The translations under genes and the position numbers were made by a program. Under the pieces are notes generated by a model. It was given only the letters and a program-made list of their open reading frames with translations, was not told the origin of the DNA and made no database searches. This document shows positions 27,721-41,246 of a stretch of DNA of 64,000 nt, one piece after another. This DNA is from Chrysomallon squamiferum (Eukaryota > Animalia > Mollusca): NCBI GenBank assembly GCA_012295275.1, contig CM022669.1, positions 8,370,001 to 8,434,000 on the forward strand, given 5' to 3'. Position 1 is the stretch's first letter, and each line of letters begins with the position of its first letter.

Positions 27721-28347
27721 GAAAAATAGATAAAAGCAATAGATAAACAGGTAGATTGATAGATACATAGATATAGATAATTAAATAGAATTAAATTAAA
27801 ATAAAAAAAAAAATAAAATGAAAGGTAAAAAGTAAAAAAAATTATCAACACAGAGTAAAAAAAAATAAATAAAATAAAAAAAAAAAAAATAATAAATAAA
27901 AGCAAAAAGCAAAACATTTATTTAAAAAAATCAAAAATAAATATACAAACCCCAAAACTGCAAAATAGAAAAGAAAAAAATTAATAAGACAAGCATTATC
28001 TAACAAAATAGAACGAAAATGTGAAATTAACTAAATATTATTCTGATGAAATATTTAATGTTTTTTGGTGGTTTTATTTTTTTTTTTTGTTTTAGCTTCA
28101 TTTGAAATATGTAAAAATATGGTGTATTAATGGTTGCCATGGAGATTATCCTCTGTGAAGAATTTTTTGGAAACAGTTTTATTTCACTTTGTCATGCAAA
28201 ATAGCATTAATTTTTACCAAAGGCTGATTGTAGACATTTAAAAAAAAAAAAAAAAAAAAAAATTATATTTTGGCATCAGAATGGAATTTAGTTGACAGTA
28301 ATAAATTCAAAATCTAAAATGATGGAATAAATGGCTGGACGGTTTTT

Positions 28348-28396
<49 letters not shown>

Positions 28397-28551
28397 ATGC
28401 ATACACACACATACACACATATGTAGACAGAAACATACATACACATTATAGATTTGTCTCAATAAACATAACTACATTAAACATGTTAGTATGTATATAT
28501 ATATATTTGTGTGAGTATGTATGTTTATATCTCGGTATAGCTGTATGTGTG

Positions 28552-28591
<40 letters not shown>

Positions 28592-28609
28592 TGTGAAAAA
28601 TGAAAGAGA

Positions 28610-29475
28610 TACCTGGCATAACATAATGTTATCAATAACACTGAAGCATGAAATGACAAGATAAGAAACGTGATGTATATAACAATTATCTATCAACTTA
28701 CCTGTAGTAAATTACTCACAGGTAAACAAAAGGTGGGCATGAAAAGCAGTAATAGGTGGGTTAAATACACAAACTGGATCTCAATTCACGAAATGATCCA
28801 GTGGACGGTATACAAAAATAAACTCGGCGCCTTTTCAGGTATATCACTCAGGTATGAAACAGAGTAAGAATTTTTTTTTTTTTTTAGTGGTGACACTGTA
28901 CAGGTAAGTGGGTGATTGATCAAAAGAAATGATTGTATACCTGAATCACAGACCTCTGTGCACTTCATTGACAATTTTCCTTACCTGTTGTCAGCTATTG
29001 TCACACATCTAAAGACACACCTGAATAGGTTGTGTTTACACCTGTGTTTTTTTTTTTTCATACATCGTTACAGGTAAGAACTCACCTGATTTATGACAAA
29101 TTTAAGTTTTTATAAGCTTTGAATTGTAGGTGTAAAGTGAATGGAATAATTTTACAATTGATCAGTGGAATGTCTATAATTTCAAGGTGAGAGGAGAAGA
29201 ATACTGCATATTTTCTCGTTTTTACCTGCATCAAAGGTAAACGCATTTACAGACGAAACCTTAGACTGTAATGGAACATGACAGAGACCAAGATAGGTAC
29301 AAGAGATAAAGAAATATTTTCACCTGACCAATTACGAGGTATAACGTTGAACATTTAAAGCTGAAAGGAGTGTGACACGTATACACTGATTGGTAAATAA
29401 GATTAAACTGATGTTCACTGGAGCAGACGTACCTGGACAGGTGAAAAAGTCAGGAATGAGTTTAAGTTTCAGGTG
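28610..29475. promoter_or_regulatory. Homotypic CAGGTA/CAGGTG motif cluster (candidate cis-regulatory module)
   Basis: 17 hand-counted CAGGTR/YACCTG hexamers on both strands in non-repetitive sequence. Confidence 0.5.
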
Positions 29476-29703
29476 TTTTTGTTTTTGAGTAAAAGGAAAG
29501 TGTTTTAACACTTGTTTGTGTGTGTTATCTGAATACTGACAGCAGAATTATCTCTGAGATGTAGATAGGTGTGTGGAATTCACTCCATTTGTTTCAGCTC
29601 TGTAATTAAAAAATACATTTAACACCTCACACAGTCAAGAGGTAAGTGTTCTTTTGTTCTCTTCTTCTTTTTGTGTGTGATATTTTTGTATTTTGTGACT
29701 GGT

Positions 29704-29758
<55 letters not shown>

Positions 29759-31866
29759 CCTACACAAGTATTCAAATTCAAATTAACTCGTACATATATC
29801 TATGCCTTTTATTCTCATGAAATATACAGATATGTACATTCATGCATTCCTGCATATGTACATGATAGACATACATAGATACATACACACATACACAATT
29901 ATGAAATCATATATACATACAGACACACACACACACATACACAACTGAACATATAGGGATCAACACATTATAAAAAGGAATGCAATACCAAGTAGGTTTT
30001 GTTTAGTTATATATACCTAGTTACCTATCTCTCTCTGTATATAATATGTCCATTATCTAATATATCCATTATCTGCATGTAAATACAAAATAATATTTTT
30101 GTAATGAAATAAATGAACCCATACACACACACACACACAAAAAAAAACTAACAGCAACAGTGAAAAACAACACAGAAACAAAATAAAGCTATTTGATCTT
30201 ACTCAGTTGAGTTTTTTTTTTTTTTTTTCGCCTACAGTTTATAATCTGATTTGTACAAAAAAACAAATCAATACTTTTAAATTATTCTGCTGCAGTGCAA
30301 ATTGGTCCTTTGTGGCTCACATACTTTTATGGTGCTCACCAACATTTGGAAATGACAGCAAATGCAGCAAAAGTAACTTTTATGTGAAGTTAACATATTT
30401 CTGGCACCTCTATAGTGACCTGTCACCACATAATTCTCTTACATTAAAGGTTGATATGTTAACACAGAAAAATGAGATTTTTTTTTCTCTCTCTACTGTT
30501 GTTAGATAAATGATTAATCATTTATGTTTTTTTTTTTTAACATGTCAGTTAAATTGTTGTAAATGTCCTTTCAACAGTATGATACTGGTAATGTGTCTCC
30601 AGCTAAATTGCTTTAGAAAAAAAAAATTTTTTTAAATAAAAGTGAGATGGAAAATTATGTTTGATTTTATCATAAGGAAATGGATATTTTGTTTCAACAA
30701 ATCAAGTGCCAAAACAGATTTACTGTGTTTAAATATTTTTTTTTTTTTTTTATTATGTTTATTGTTTTTGTTTTTTTCTGTTTTGTTTGGTTTTTTTTTG
30801 TTTTGTTTGATTTTTTTGTTGTTGTTGTTGTTGTTGTTGTTATTACTGCATAACGCATTTTAGTCTGAATAAACATGTATTTAGTCAAATTGGACAAACA
30901 ACAATAATAATAATAATAAATATAATAATAATAAATATAATCTTCTATTAAAAAAGGAAAACAAAGAAGAAAGAAAACATAAAGTATCAAATGACAAAAA
31001 ATTTAAAAAAAAAGGAAGGAAAAAGAAATAAAAATGAAAAAGTAAATTAATGAAATCAGATAAATAAATAAAGAGATAAAAAGTGAATTTTAAATTCAGT
31101 AAAAAGACTGTTTTATTTTCTTGTCTCCATGTTGTCACTGAAGATTTTCACTTCGTTGTTCACACTGAGATCGAAATTTTAGGAAGAGAAAAAATAAATT
31201 TCAAATTTTTGTTTTTACATTAAATCATAAAGAACAGCAACATTAAAATATCAGTAAATATATATTAGACTCATGAAACATATCTTTGGCTTATTATTGT
31301 ATATATATATATATATCTTAGTATTATAAAACATATCTTCTTATGAAATATATCTCTACCCTATATAAGACATCTTTGTCTTATTAAATATTCTTATTAA
31401 ATATATTTTTGACTTATTTTATATAATTTTGTCTTATAACATCTTTTTGTTTTTAAATAAATTTTCGTATTATAATATCTTTTTCTTATTAATATATAAA
31501 GATATGCATAATTATAAATAAATCTGGACCAGAACAAATAATTGTTTTAAGGACACAGACATTGTAAAATGAATTAATCCTGACCAGGACATTGTTATAT
31601 GCCAGTTTAGGACTGGTGTACTGATTGCTGGAAGGACACGGATATTTTTGAAATAAGTTTTGTTTGAACTGGTCTCATTCATCATGTGGTTTTAATGTTG
31701 AAGGTTTGTGAGACAACTTGCAGAGATCTGTCTACACACTGTTATCTCTTAATAACTTGTTACTCAGAGAAAACAAACTTGTTCAGGTCTACATGTAGTG
31801 AAAATATAACCACAGGATTAGCTGATTGGTGAGGACTGAAATGAGAAAGAGTGAGAAAACACAATG

Positions 31867-31884
31867 TGAGAGAGAGAGAGAGAG

Positions 31885-31930
<46 letters not shown>

Positions 31931-32239
31931 GAGAGAAAGAAAGAGAGAAAGAGAGAGAGAGAGAAAGAGAGAGAAAGAGAAAGAGAGAAAGAGGGAGAGA
32001 AAGAAAGAGAGAGAAAGAGAGAGAGAAAGAAAGAGAGAGAAAGAGAGAGAAAGAGAGAGAGAAAGAAAGAGAAAAAGAGAAAGAAAGATAGAGAGAAAGA
32101 AAGAGAAAGAGAAAGAAAGAGAGAGAAAGAAAGAGAGAGAATGAGAGAGAGAGAGAGAGAGAGAAAGAAAGAAAGAAATAGAGAAAGAAAGTGAGAGAAA
32201 GAAAGAGAGAGAAAAGAGAGAATGAGAGAGAAAGCGATG

Positions 32240-32327
<88 letters not shown>

Positions 32328-32345
32328 AAGAGAGAGAGAGAGAGA
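31867..32345. repeat. Long imperfect (GA/GAAA)n polypurine tract
   Basis: Direct reading; ~480 bp almost purely purine. Confidence 0.98.
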
Positions 32346-33641
32346 TAAAAGGAAACTGAGAAATAAATAGAATGTATAGAGTGAGGGAAGGATAAAGACT
32401 GAAAAAAAAAAAATAAAAGAAATGGACTGAGAGAAAGAAAAATATATGTAACAATGAAATTATTATAGAAATTAATATTACATTTTAATCTATGTAAAAA
32501 AAAAAAAAAGAAACATATCAGTTATATATTTGGCTAATGTCACAGGTGTTTTCACTGCTGTGTGTTGTTGATATACGAGAATTATTCAGTTGAATCAGTG
32601 CAGAGACACTGTATTAATGTTTGTAGATGTTTATTTACTTGCTATACCATTTCCTGCTCTTGTTTCCTAGCTAACTGCTGCCACAGAAAGAACTGGAAAC
32701 TTGTTTACAACAGTCTGCTTTGACTGATATGTTTCCAGTCTTAATTAAAACTCTCTGATAAAACCACTGGTCTTCAGTGTCAGGTATCTTTCTGTATGGG
32801 GGCCCAGACAGGAAGGGGACATCATTAGTATGGTGGTCTCTAATGTGAACTAATTTCGACAAAGTAAGACCACTAATCCGCTAAGCGTACTTTTCTCTAG
32901 CTAATCCAGGTAACATGCTGAGAAATTACAACTAAGTGTTTGATGTTTTGTCTGTGGAAGTTTGTATTCTGAAAACAAATCTCAGCCAGGCTTACAGTTT
33001 GTGTGTTCATTCTTTGTGTGATCAACTGCAGCTAGCTCTGACTGTGTTACTAAAACTTTCATAATTCCTGTGAAAACAAAATTATCCATAATTTACGATT
33101 CCTGAATTATCTTCAAATGTTGTCAGTAACCATTTTGATAATATTTCAAACAAACCTGATACAAACTCAAAGATCACAGGCTTTAAATGGGCTGCAATAC
33201 CAGTGAATATAATGGTCAATCATTAAACAAATATTTGTTAAATAACAACTCAGCATGTTTCATTTTTAACAGTAATTGTTTTGTCATCATGCCATAAGGT
33301 CACTATTAATTAATAACAACAAAATCTTTAACACAAAATCACCTACCATGTGTTTTGACAGATGGTATCTTTAATTTTCTTGCACACAAAACATTTATTT
33401 TATTACTAGAGCCATCTCCTGAGCAGACAAATGAGTCTTCTGAATTATTTACCCAAAGTTAAAATATTTAGAGGATTCATTACAAATAATAAGGGATTAA
33501 TCTTCAGTGGTGAGTTATTGAATTCTACTGTTGATGTAAGTGACACTATCCACATAATTTTTATCTTTCTGTTATTTATCTCTCTCCCTATTATATCGAT
33601 ATCTATATCTGTCTGTCTGTCTGTCTGTCTATCTCTGTCTG

Positions 33642-33735
<94 letters not shown>

Positions 33736-34159
33736 AAAAAAAGATAATTAGTGAGTATTTAGCTTTATTATGACACACACACACACACAGATACCTATAC
33801 CTATACATACATACATATATATATATATATATGTACACACACTTATACATTTGTATATATATCACCTGTAAAACATGATGTATTTGGCTGAGTTGGGAAA
33901 CTAAGCTAACATTACACTAAGGGGAAGTGATCCAGAGGCTCACCAGTTCTCATGTGTGTGTGTTTAGCAATGGTGTTAATGAAATCAGTAACAGCTTTGA
34001 GTAGTCACTGTAACCTGAGAATACAGTTATCTTTCACATCATTGTGTTTGTTCCCCTCAGTGTGTCAGGTGTCATGATAATATTCATTTAAACATATCAG
34101 TTTATTCATCTAAACTATCACATATCGTTTCAGTAATGCATATATGTACAATGCTATAT

Positions 34160-34190
<31 letters not shown>

Positions 34191-34842
34191 CACACACACA
34201 CACACACACACACAAGATATATATATATTCTGTGATATACATGTATATACACATATACATACATGCACACTGTTACATGTATATTTGTTTTTACTCTATT
34301 TGAGTTCAAGTTAATACTGACTTACTAAAATGAACTAATACAGATAAACATATAACTCACTGATATAAGTACAAATGTTAACTGGGAGGTCATGGGTTCA
34401 GTCCTCCATAATTCACTATATGGAATATTTCCTACTCTGCATATAGCCCAACAAATATACATATATATATATATATATATATTTTTTTTCCCCCATTTTT
34501 ATGGGAAGAGAAACACTAACTATTTCATATTTCTGTTAATGAAACACAGTTGGTATTCTCTGAAGTGAAGTTAGAGAGTAATTAAACATTTGATATTCAA
34601 TAGGTGAAGATAAAAAATTAATAAGAGTTAGCCAGTGATAGCATTAACAAAATAAACTTTATCTGATTTGCTGGATTACAGACGGAATGGTTAATACATC
34701 AAAGTAAAGTCACACTGCAGTCCCCAGAGAAAGGAAAACTGGATTAATTGTTTTATATGATGTTCAGATATGTAATTTTATCTGTGTCAAACACTAGTGG
34801 GACTTGTCATAAATTTCTTTTTTAATATGGCGTTAGACAGAT

Positions 34843-34847
<5 letters not shown>

Positions 34848-34928
<81 letters not shown>
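34848..34928. repeat. (AG)n microsatellite
   Basis: Direct reading. Confidence 0.98.
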
Positions 34929-34930
<2 letters not shown>

Positions 34931-34977
34931 AAAAAAGATAATTAGTGTGTATTTAGCTTTATTATGATATATATCTA

Positions 34978-35131
34978 AATAACTTTAGGTAGAGACATAT
35001 GCAAATTATTCAACATGAAGTACCAGTAGATACTAGATACAGAAATCAGCTAACAAGAGTTGATTTCTCTATCTAATATCTACTAGTACTTCATGTTGAA
35101 TAATTTGCATATGTCTCAACCTAAAGTTATT
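34978..35131. repeat. Long near-perfect inverted repeat (74-bp arms, 6-nt loop); possible fold-back MITE
   Basis: 34978-35051 is the reverse complement of 35058-35131 with 5 substitutions and no indels; the loop is AACAAG. Confidence 0.95.
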
Positions 35132-36866
35132 AATATTAGACTCAGAATATAACTGTCTTTCTCTCTTTGGTTTTGTAATTTTGTTATTTTTTCTTTCGGC
35201 TTTTATATCTTTTGCTGTTATTGTTATTGTGGTAAGCATTATTTTTTATTGTTATTATTATTGCTAATATTATTATTATTAATATTATTATTGTTATTAT
35301 ATTTTTTTTTGCTATTATTACTGCTTATTGTTATTATTATTAGGAGAAACATTGGAAATTTTGTATATTCAATAATTTTGTTACATTTTTACACAATTTG
35401 AGAATATTCCACTATAATTTTCTTGACAAATATGGAAACTGGTTTCTGTCACTGTTAAAAGACTGTAATTTAAGTGTCAATGTAAAAAAAAACATAAGAC
35501 ATTGTGTCTGTACATCTCTCTCTCTGTCTGTATGTGTGTGAGATAATAATTACAGATGCACAGAATCAAGAACCACAAGGGAAAATTAAATTAAATGAAA
35601 ATAACAACTTTCATTAAAAAAAAAAAAAATTATAATAATAAAAAAAATAAAAATTTGAAATAGAAACTAAAGATAATGCATTAGACCATACACAAACACA
35701 CACAGACACACAGACACACAGAAATACATTTATTTCTGCAATAAATGCAAACACACTTATGCACACATATACATACATTTACACATACACACAGACACAT
35801 TTTATAAAGACACATATATACATTCATTAGTGCATGCATATGATGTATAAATTTGCATACAGATAGACACACAGACAGATTAACTGCCATACCGAGAACA
35901 GAACCTGTTGTGAATTATGAGGACTGATAGCAAAGTGAAGGCAGCAATAAATAAAGTTTTGTTTGTCTCTCACTGATATTCATAAATCACAGGAAATAAT
36001 TATCTTATTCTTTATTAAACTCATATTTCAGCAGTTAGATACACAGAGGGTGAATTACATTGTTTTTTTCATCTCAGAGAGTACATTTTGAAAATTGATA
36101 TAATGTGTTATTATATGATGTGGTGTGTTACAGTGTACACTGTGACTGATATCTGACCAAATAATTAATCTAGTTCTTAGAAATGATAATTTCTCTCTAT
36201 CTATCCATCTATCTGTCTATATGTCAGTCTGTGTGTGTGTATATGTGTGTGTGTGTGTGCGTGCGTGTGTGTGTGCATGCATGCAGCACTTTCTAAATTC
36301 AGGTTTAAACAATGGAAGCACTTTTTGAAACATATGGTATGATGTGAGATGGAAGGAAAATAACCTATGCTTGGAACTGACCAGTTATTTTTTATTCTAA
36401 CTTGTAGAGATAAGAATTTAGTTGGTTTTTTTTTTTTTTTCATATCTTTCTTAAGTTTTGAGCAAGGCCACTTCTCACTGTGATATCTGATATGGTTTCT
36501 GATGGTGGGCATTACAAACCATGACAGATATTTGACTCTGTTAATTTACTTCTCTGTTTAATTAAAGTTAATTTACTTGTAATTCCATATAATTTATGAT
36601 TATCTCAATTGTTATTTATTTCAGTTATTAAACTCATATTTCAGTCTGGGTGCCGCTAGAGGTGAGGACATCACAAATCAAATTAGGTTGTTACAGTTAA
36701 TTGCGATGTTGGTTGATAATTATCTCATTCTTTACTTCAATGACTAAACCCATATTTTTAATTATAACTGTACTCTCTGGGTGGTATTTCAAACAGTGGT
36801 ATGCAGTAGAATAAAGTATTCAGTTATTTATTATTTAAGCTGATCTGTTTAAATGATGGTTCAGTA

Positions 36867-37176
<310 letters not shown>

Positions 37177-38054
37177 CACATTTTCACAGTCTCACAGTCT
37201 GTGTGTGTGTGTGTGTGTGTGTGTCTATTTATATTTCAGTTACTAGAATCATATTGTGAACTGTGGTGAAATCATCTGAGACATTATAATAACAAAGCCT
37301 GACTGAACACCTTGTCTGGGGCGGGACGCTACAGGCTCTGGGAGTCGCTCGACTAAGTTAATTAAGCTGTAATTTTTGTGACTTTATGGCTGAAGAACAC
37401 ACTAAGTGTCATATTTACAAGATGTCTGCATACCTCCTGTTCAAACAAGGTCACAATGTGGCTTTAAATAACAGTGAGGTTTTTTTTTTTTTCTTTTCGT
37501 TTCTTTTCTTCTTCTTCTTTTTTCACAGAAAGAATGTTGAAGTTGAGCAATTTTAAAAGGTGAACTAGGTACATACAAGGTGTGAAGTATTTCTGAACAA
37601 AAAACGAATCTGATGATGGGGCCTGACACAATTAAAAAGAATGTTTATTGTGTCTTGTTGTGTGGGCGTGAATCAGATTTGATTATGTGCATATTTAATT
37701 AGGTTACTCCCTTTTTCACGCACACTAAATAAAAAACTGACATAGGTGATCTCAATAGAAGAAGGAAGATTAGGCAGGATGTATAATACAAAATTCATTT
37801 TCCATTAAGAAAACCAGTTGGGTAACGTTTTACTGTTTTTCCTCTTCTTTCATTCATTTTTTTTTATTACCCCTATCTTTTTCCTCTTCTTTTTTTCTTT
37901 TTCTTTATTTTAATTTTTTTTTGAATTACTAAATATATTTGTAAATGTCTTGAATTTAGAGCAATAAATGTAAAATATTTCAGTAGAATGTTTTTAACAG
38001 TGGAAACTGTTTTTGTTGTCAGATGTAATGACTGGTTTAACAGTATCAGAATTG

Positions 38055-38490
38055 TAATAGTTGTAGTAGTGGTAGTAGAGGTAATAATATGTTAGTAACA
38101 GTAACTGCTGCAACAGAAGTAATAGTAGTAGTGATGAAAATGGTATGATTATATTAATAGTATTAATAATAATAATAATAATAGTAATAATAATAGTAAT
38201 AGTAGTAGTAGTATAGTAGTTGTTGTTGTAGTTGTTGTATTAATAACAACAGATGTAGAGGTAGCAGTTGTACTGGTTTTTGTGCTGGTGTTAGCATCAA
38301 TACAGTAGTAGTAGTTGTAACAGTAGTTTAGTAGCAGTAGTAGTAATAGTAGTAGTTTTAATGGTAATATGATAGAAGTCACAGTAGTGGTGCTAGTGGT
38401 CATAGTAGTAGTAGTAGTTGTAGTCACTGTGGTATTTGTTTTTATGCTGTTACAGCAACAGCAACAGCGTTGTAGTTGTGGTAGTTATGA
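38055..38490. repeat. Degenerate (AGT/AAT/GTT)n tract
   Basis: Direct reading. Confidence 0.88.
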
Positions 38491-40344
38491 AAGTGATATG
38501 AGAGTTGTCACCATAACGTGTAATAAATAATCTATACTGAGTCAGTGTGAGTGACTCACAAAGTGAGTATTTGATGATAATTTATGAGTCACTATCATTT
38601 TGATTAATGCTAATTTTCCATTATCATCTCCACCATCATTAAGCGAAACATGCCTTTGTTTATGAGCTCTAAAAGCCACTCTCACAGTAATTATACAGCT
38701 AAGTACATTAAGCAGAAGTGCGTGTACTTTTGTGTCTTACTTTTGTACTATTTCTAATATGCTAGAGTTTAGGGGTGTTTTTTGCTTGGTTTTTTTTTTT
38801 ACAGCCACACATATATTATTCTTTTATTTCTATATTTTTTTGGTCTCACAAAATACCTGTAGCAAGATTTGAAAAAAAAAAGGGGTAAAGACAATTACAT
38901 TTGTTTAGACATGAAATTGAATGGTTTTTATTCTCTATAAACAAGCTAACAAATAATAAATAAATCATATATATATTTATAGATGTAATAAAGTCATAAT
39001 TTTTCTTTCTTTCTTTTTTTTTTTTTTTTTTTTTTGTGCTATATTAATAAACTGTTCATTGATCTGAATTTTTTATTTTATTTTTTATTTCTTCCCCTAA
39101 AACCACACTAAATGTTTTTCACACATTTTTACCTTTCACTTGACTTTAACCGCAAATCCAATCATTTCCTCAGCCCCCTCTGCTTCCAGGCCTGATTTAA
39201 CTAAGACAAATTTCTGTGATTACGATTTCATGCTTTCTTACTCTGAGTTAATGTTGACTAAGGTATCCATAATCATCTGGAATAATCGACTCCTTTGAAG
39301 TGAATTTTCACTTTAATTCATCTGACACACAGGCAGCTCCACGTTTTATTTCTCTTCTCTTCTCTTTCTTTTTTTTTTTATGGAAAAAACAGACATGGGT
39401 CGGTTGGACACAAGAGTCCTCCTGGGTGAGCAAGAGCAGGAGAAATATTTAAATTTATTTCTGTTATTGATGGAAGGAAAGATAGAAATTCTCTGAAGGA
39501 AAGGATTTTTTTTTTTTTTTTTATTTTTTTTTTTGGGGCTGTTGAAGTGTTTGATGGTCATTAAGTGTGTGTCTGTGTGTATGTTTAATCTGTCTGCTGG
39601 TTTCAGTTGTTTTCACACTTATAGTGTGAGTGGTGTAAATAAACAGGTCAGTTTGTTACTTTTTATTTGTTTGAAAAAAAACAGTTTTATTTCTGTTTTA
39701 TCTCAGTTCTGTCTGTCTTTAATTCAGTTCGTGTCCATGCCAGTGATGAATGTGAAAGATACTCAGTGATATTCAGTAAAATTAGTGATTATAATGTGGA
39801 TTAATGTATTGTGTGAAAATTCTTTACCTTTGATACCTAATAGTTATTAAGTTTGAATATGTCATTAAACATCATTTTATTCATTTTTTAATCATTCTTT
39901 TATATCTTGCTAATTCATTTTCAATTTTTCCATTCCGTTTTCTTTCTTCTTTTTCTTTTTTCATTTCTCTCTCTTCCTAACATCTTCTTAACAATAAAAA
40001 ATAAAACTATTTTCTTTCTGTATTTCTCCTTCCACCCTTCTTCATCTCTCTCCAACCTTCCTTCTCTCTTTCTCTTTATCTTTCTCCAGTCCACTGCCCT
40101 CTCTCTGTCCCCCTCCCTCTCTCTCTCTAACACAGTAATAAAGCACAGAGGAACAATAGCCTGGAAAGTGAGGACATTAAACAGACATGAATGTTTATGC
40201 CAATTTAAAAAATCTCTTTGAGGTATTAACCGAACATGATTTACTTTCATGGTTGTGCATCTCAATGCCGATAGATTACCTGCCTTCATCCAGCTAATGG
40301 AATTCTGTTCATCACCGAGGAAAAAAGTGTTTTTCCTGTTTCAT

Positions 40345-41095
40345 TTAACAACATCTGACATAAAATTGCATCAGATACGGGGTGTAATGGGAGAAAAGAT
40401 TCACAGATAATGCACTGCCTCTCTACTCCTGCATGTCAAGGGATCTAATCTGCTGGGAAGAACTTTGGAGTATATTTAATGACATCTGACATAAAACTGC
40501 ATCAGATATGGTGTGTAATGGGAAAGCAGATTCAGAGATAAAAGGGGCTTGTCCTTCTGCATGTCAAGGGTTCCGATCTTCTCGGTTATTTCCCTCTGTC
40601 ATATGTCACGAATATCAGTATATGCGTGTTTAAATGATTTCAGATATCCTGTGCAATTAAACAACTGTTCAGTGATATATCTGGACATGGCTGCAGGTCA
40701 AAGGATCAAGTCTTCTCTACAGAACTGTTGAGGTATTTCTTATTAGCAGATAACATGTATGAAACTTTGTGGTATGTACTTCCATGTATGTCCATCAGAT
40801 ATGTTTTAGTGAGTATGATAGCTGCCACAAAATATTGTCTGATATACCGTGGGTATAAGGATCAATCTGTCATGGTATCATGGTAGAACTCGTTACTGTA
40901 ACAAAAGAGATTAGATATAAAACTCTGTGGTATGTGCTTTCCTGTGAATGATTACAGATACAATAGCTGTTAATAATCATTCAGATGTGATGATACATTC
41001 ATTGCCAAGATATGTACTTCTTGGCAGAACTACTGAAGTATTTTGCCATTACCATTTATGAGTGATTAAAGTATGTGGTATGTAATTGCGTGTCT
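40345..41095. repeat. Degenerate tandem duplication (131-bp period at the 5' end) decaying into ~150-bp related units
   Basis: ACATCTGACATAAAA.TGCATCAGATA.GG.GTGTAATGGGA at 40351 and 40482; TGTGGTATGT recurs near 40768, 40926 and 41074, and CAGAACT/TAGAACT recurs. Confidence 0.7.
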
Positions 41096-41204
41096 TTTGT
41101 TAAAAATAACCCTAGTAATAAGCTGTTTGTTTTTATCATTTTCACAAATCATTTATTTTACATTTAACCTTAAGCATTAATGTATTTCTGATTCAGTCAT
41201 TACT

Positions 41205-41246
<42 letters not shown>

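Noticed and set aside
31789-32454. ER/K-rich coiled-coil or SL-rich membrane ORFs (also at 1948, 17064, 19483, 36853 and 61644)
   Set aside because: Translations of (GA)n/(CT)n microsatellites.
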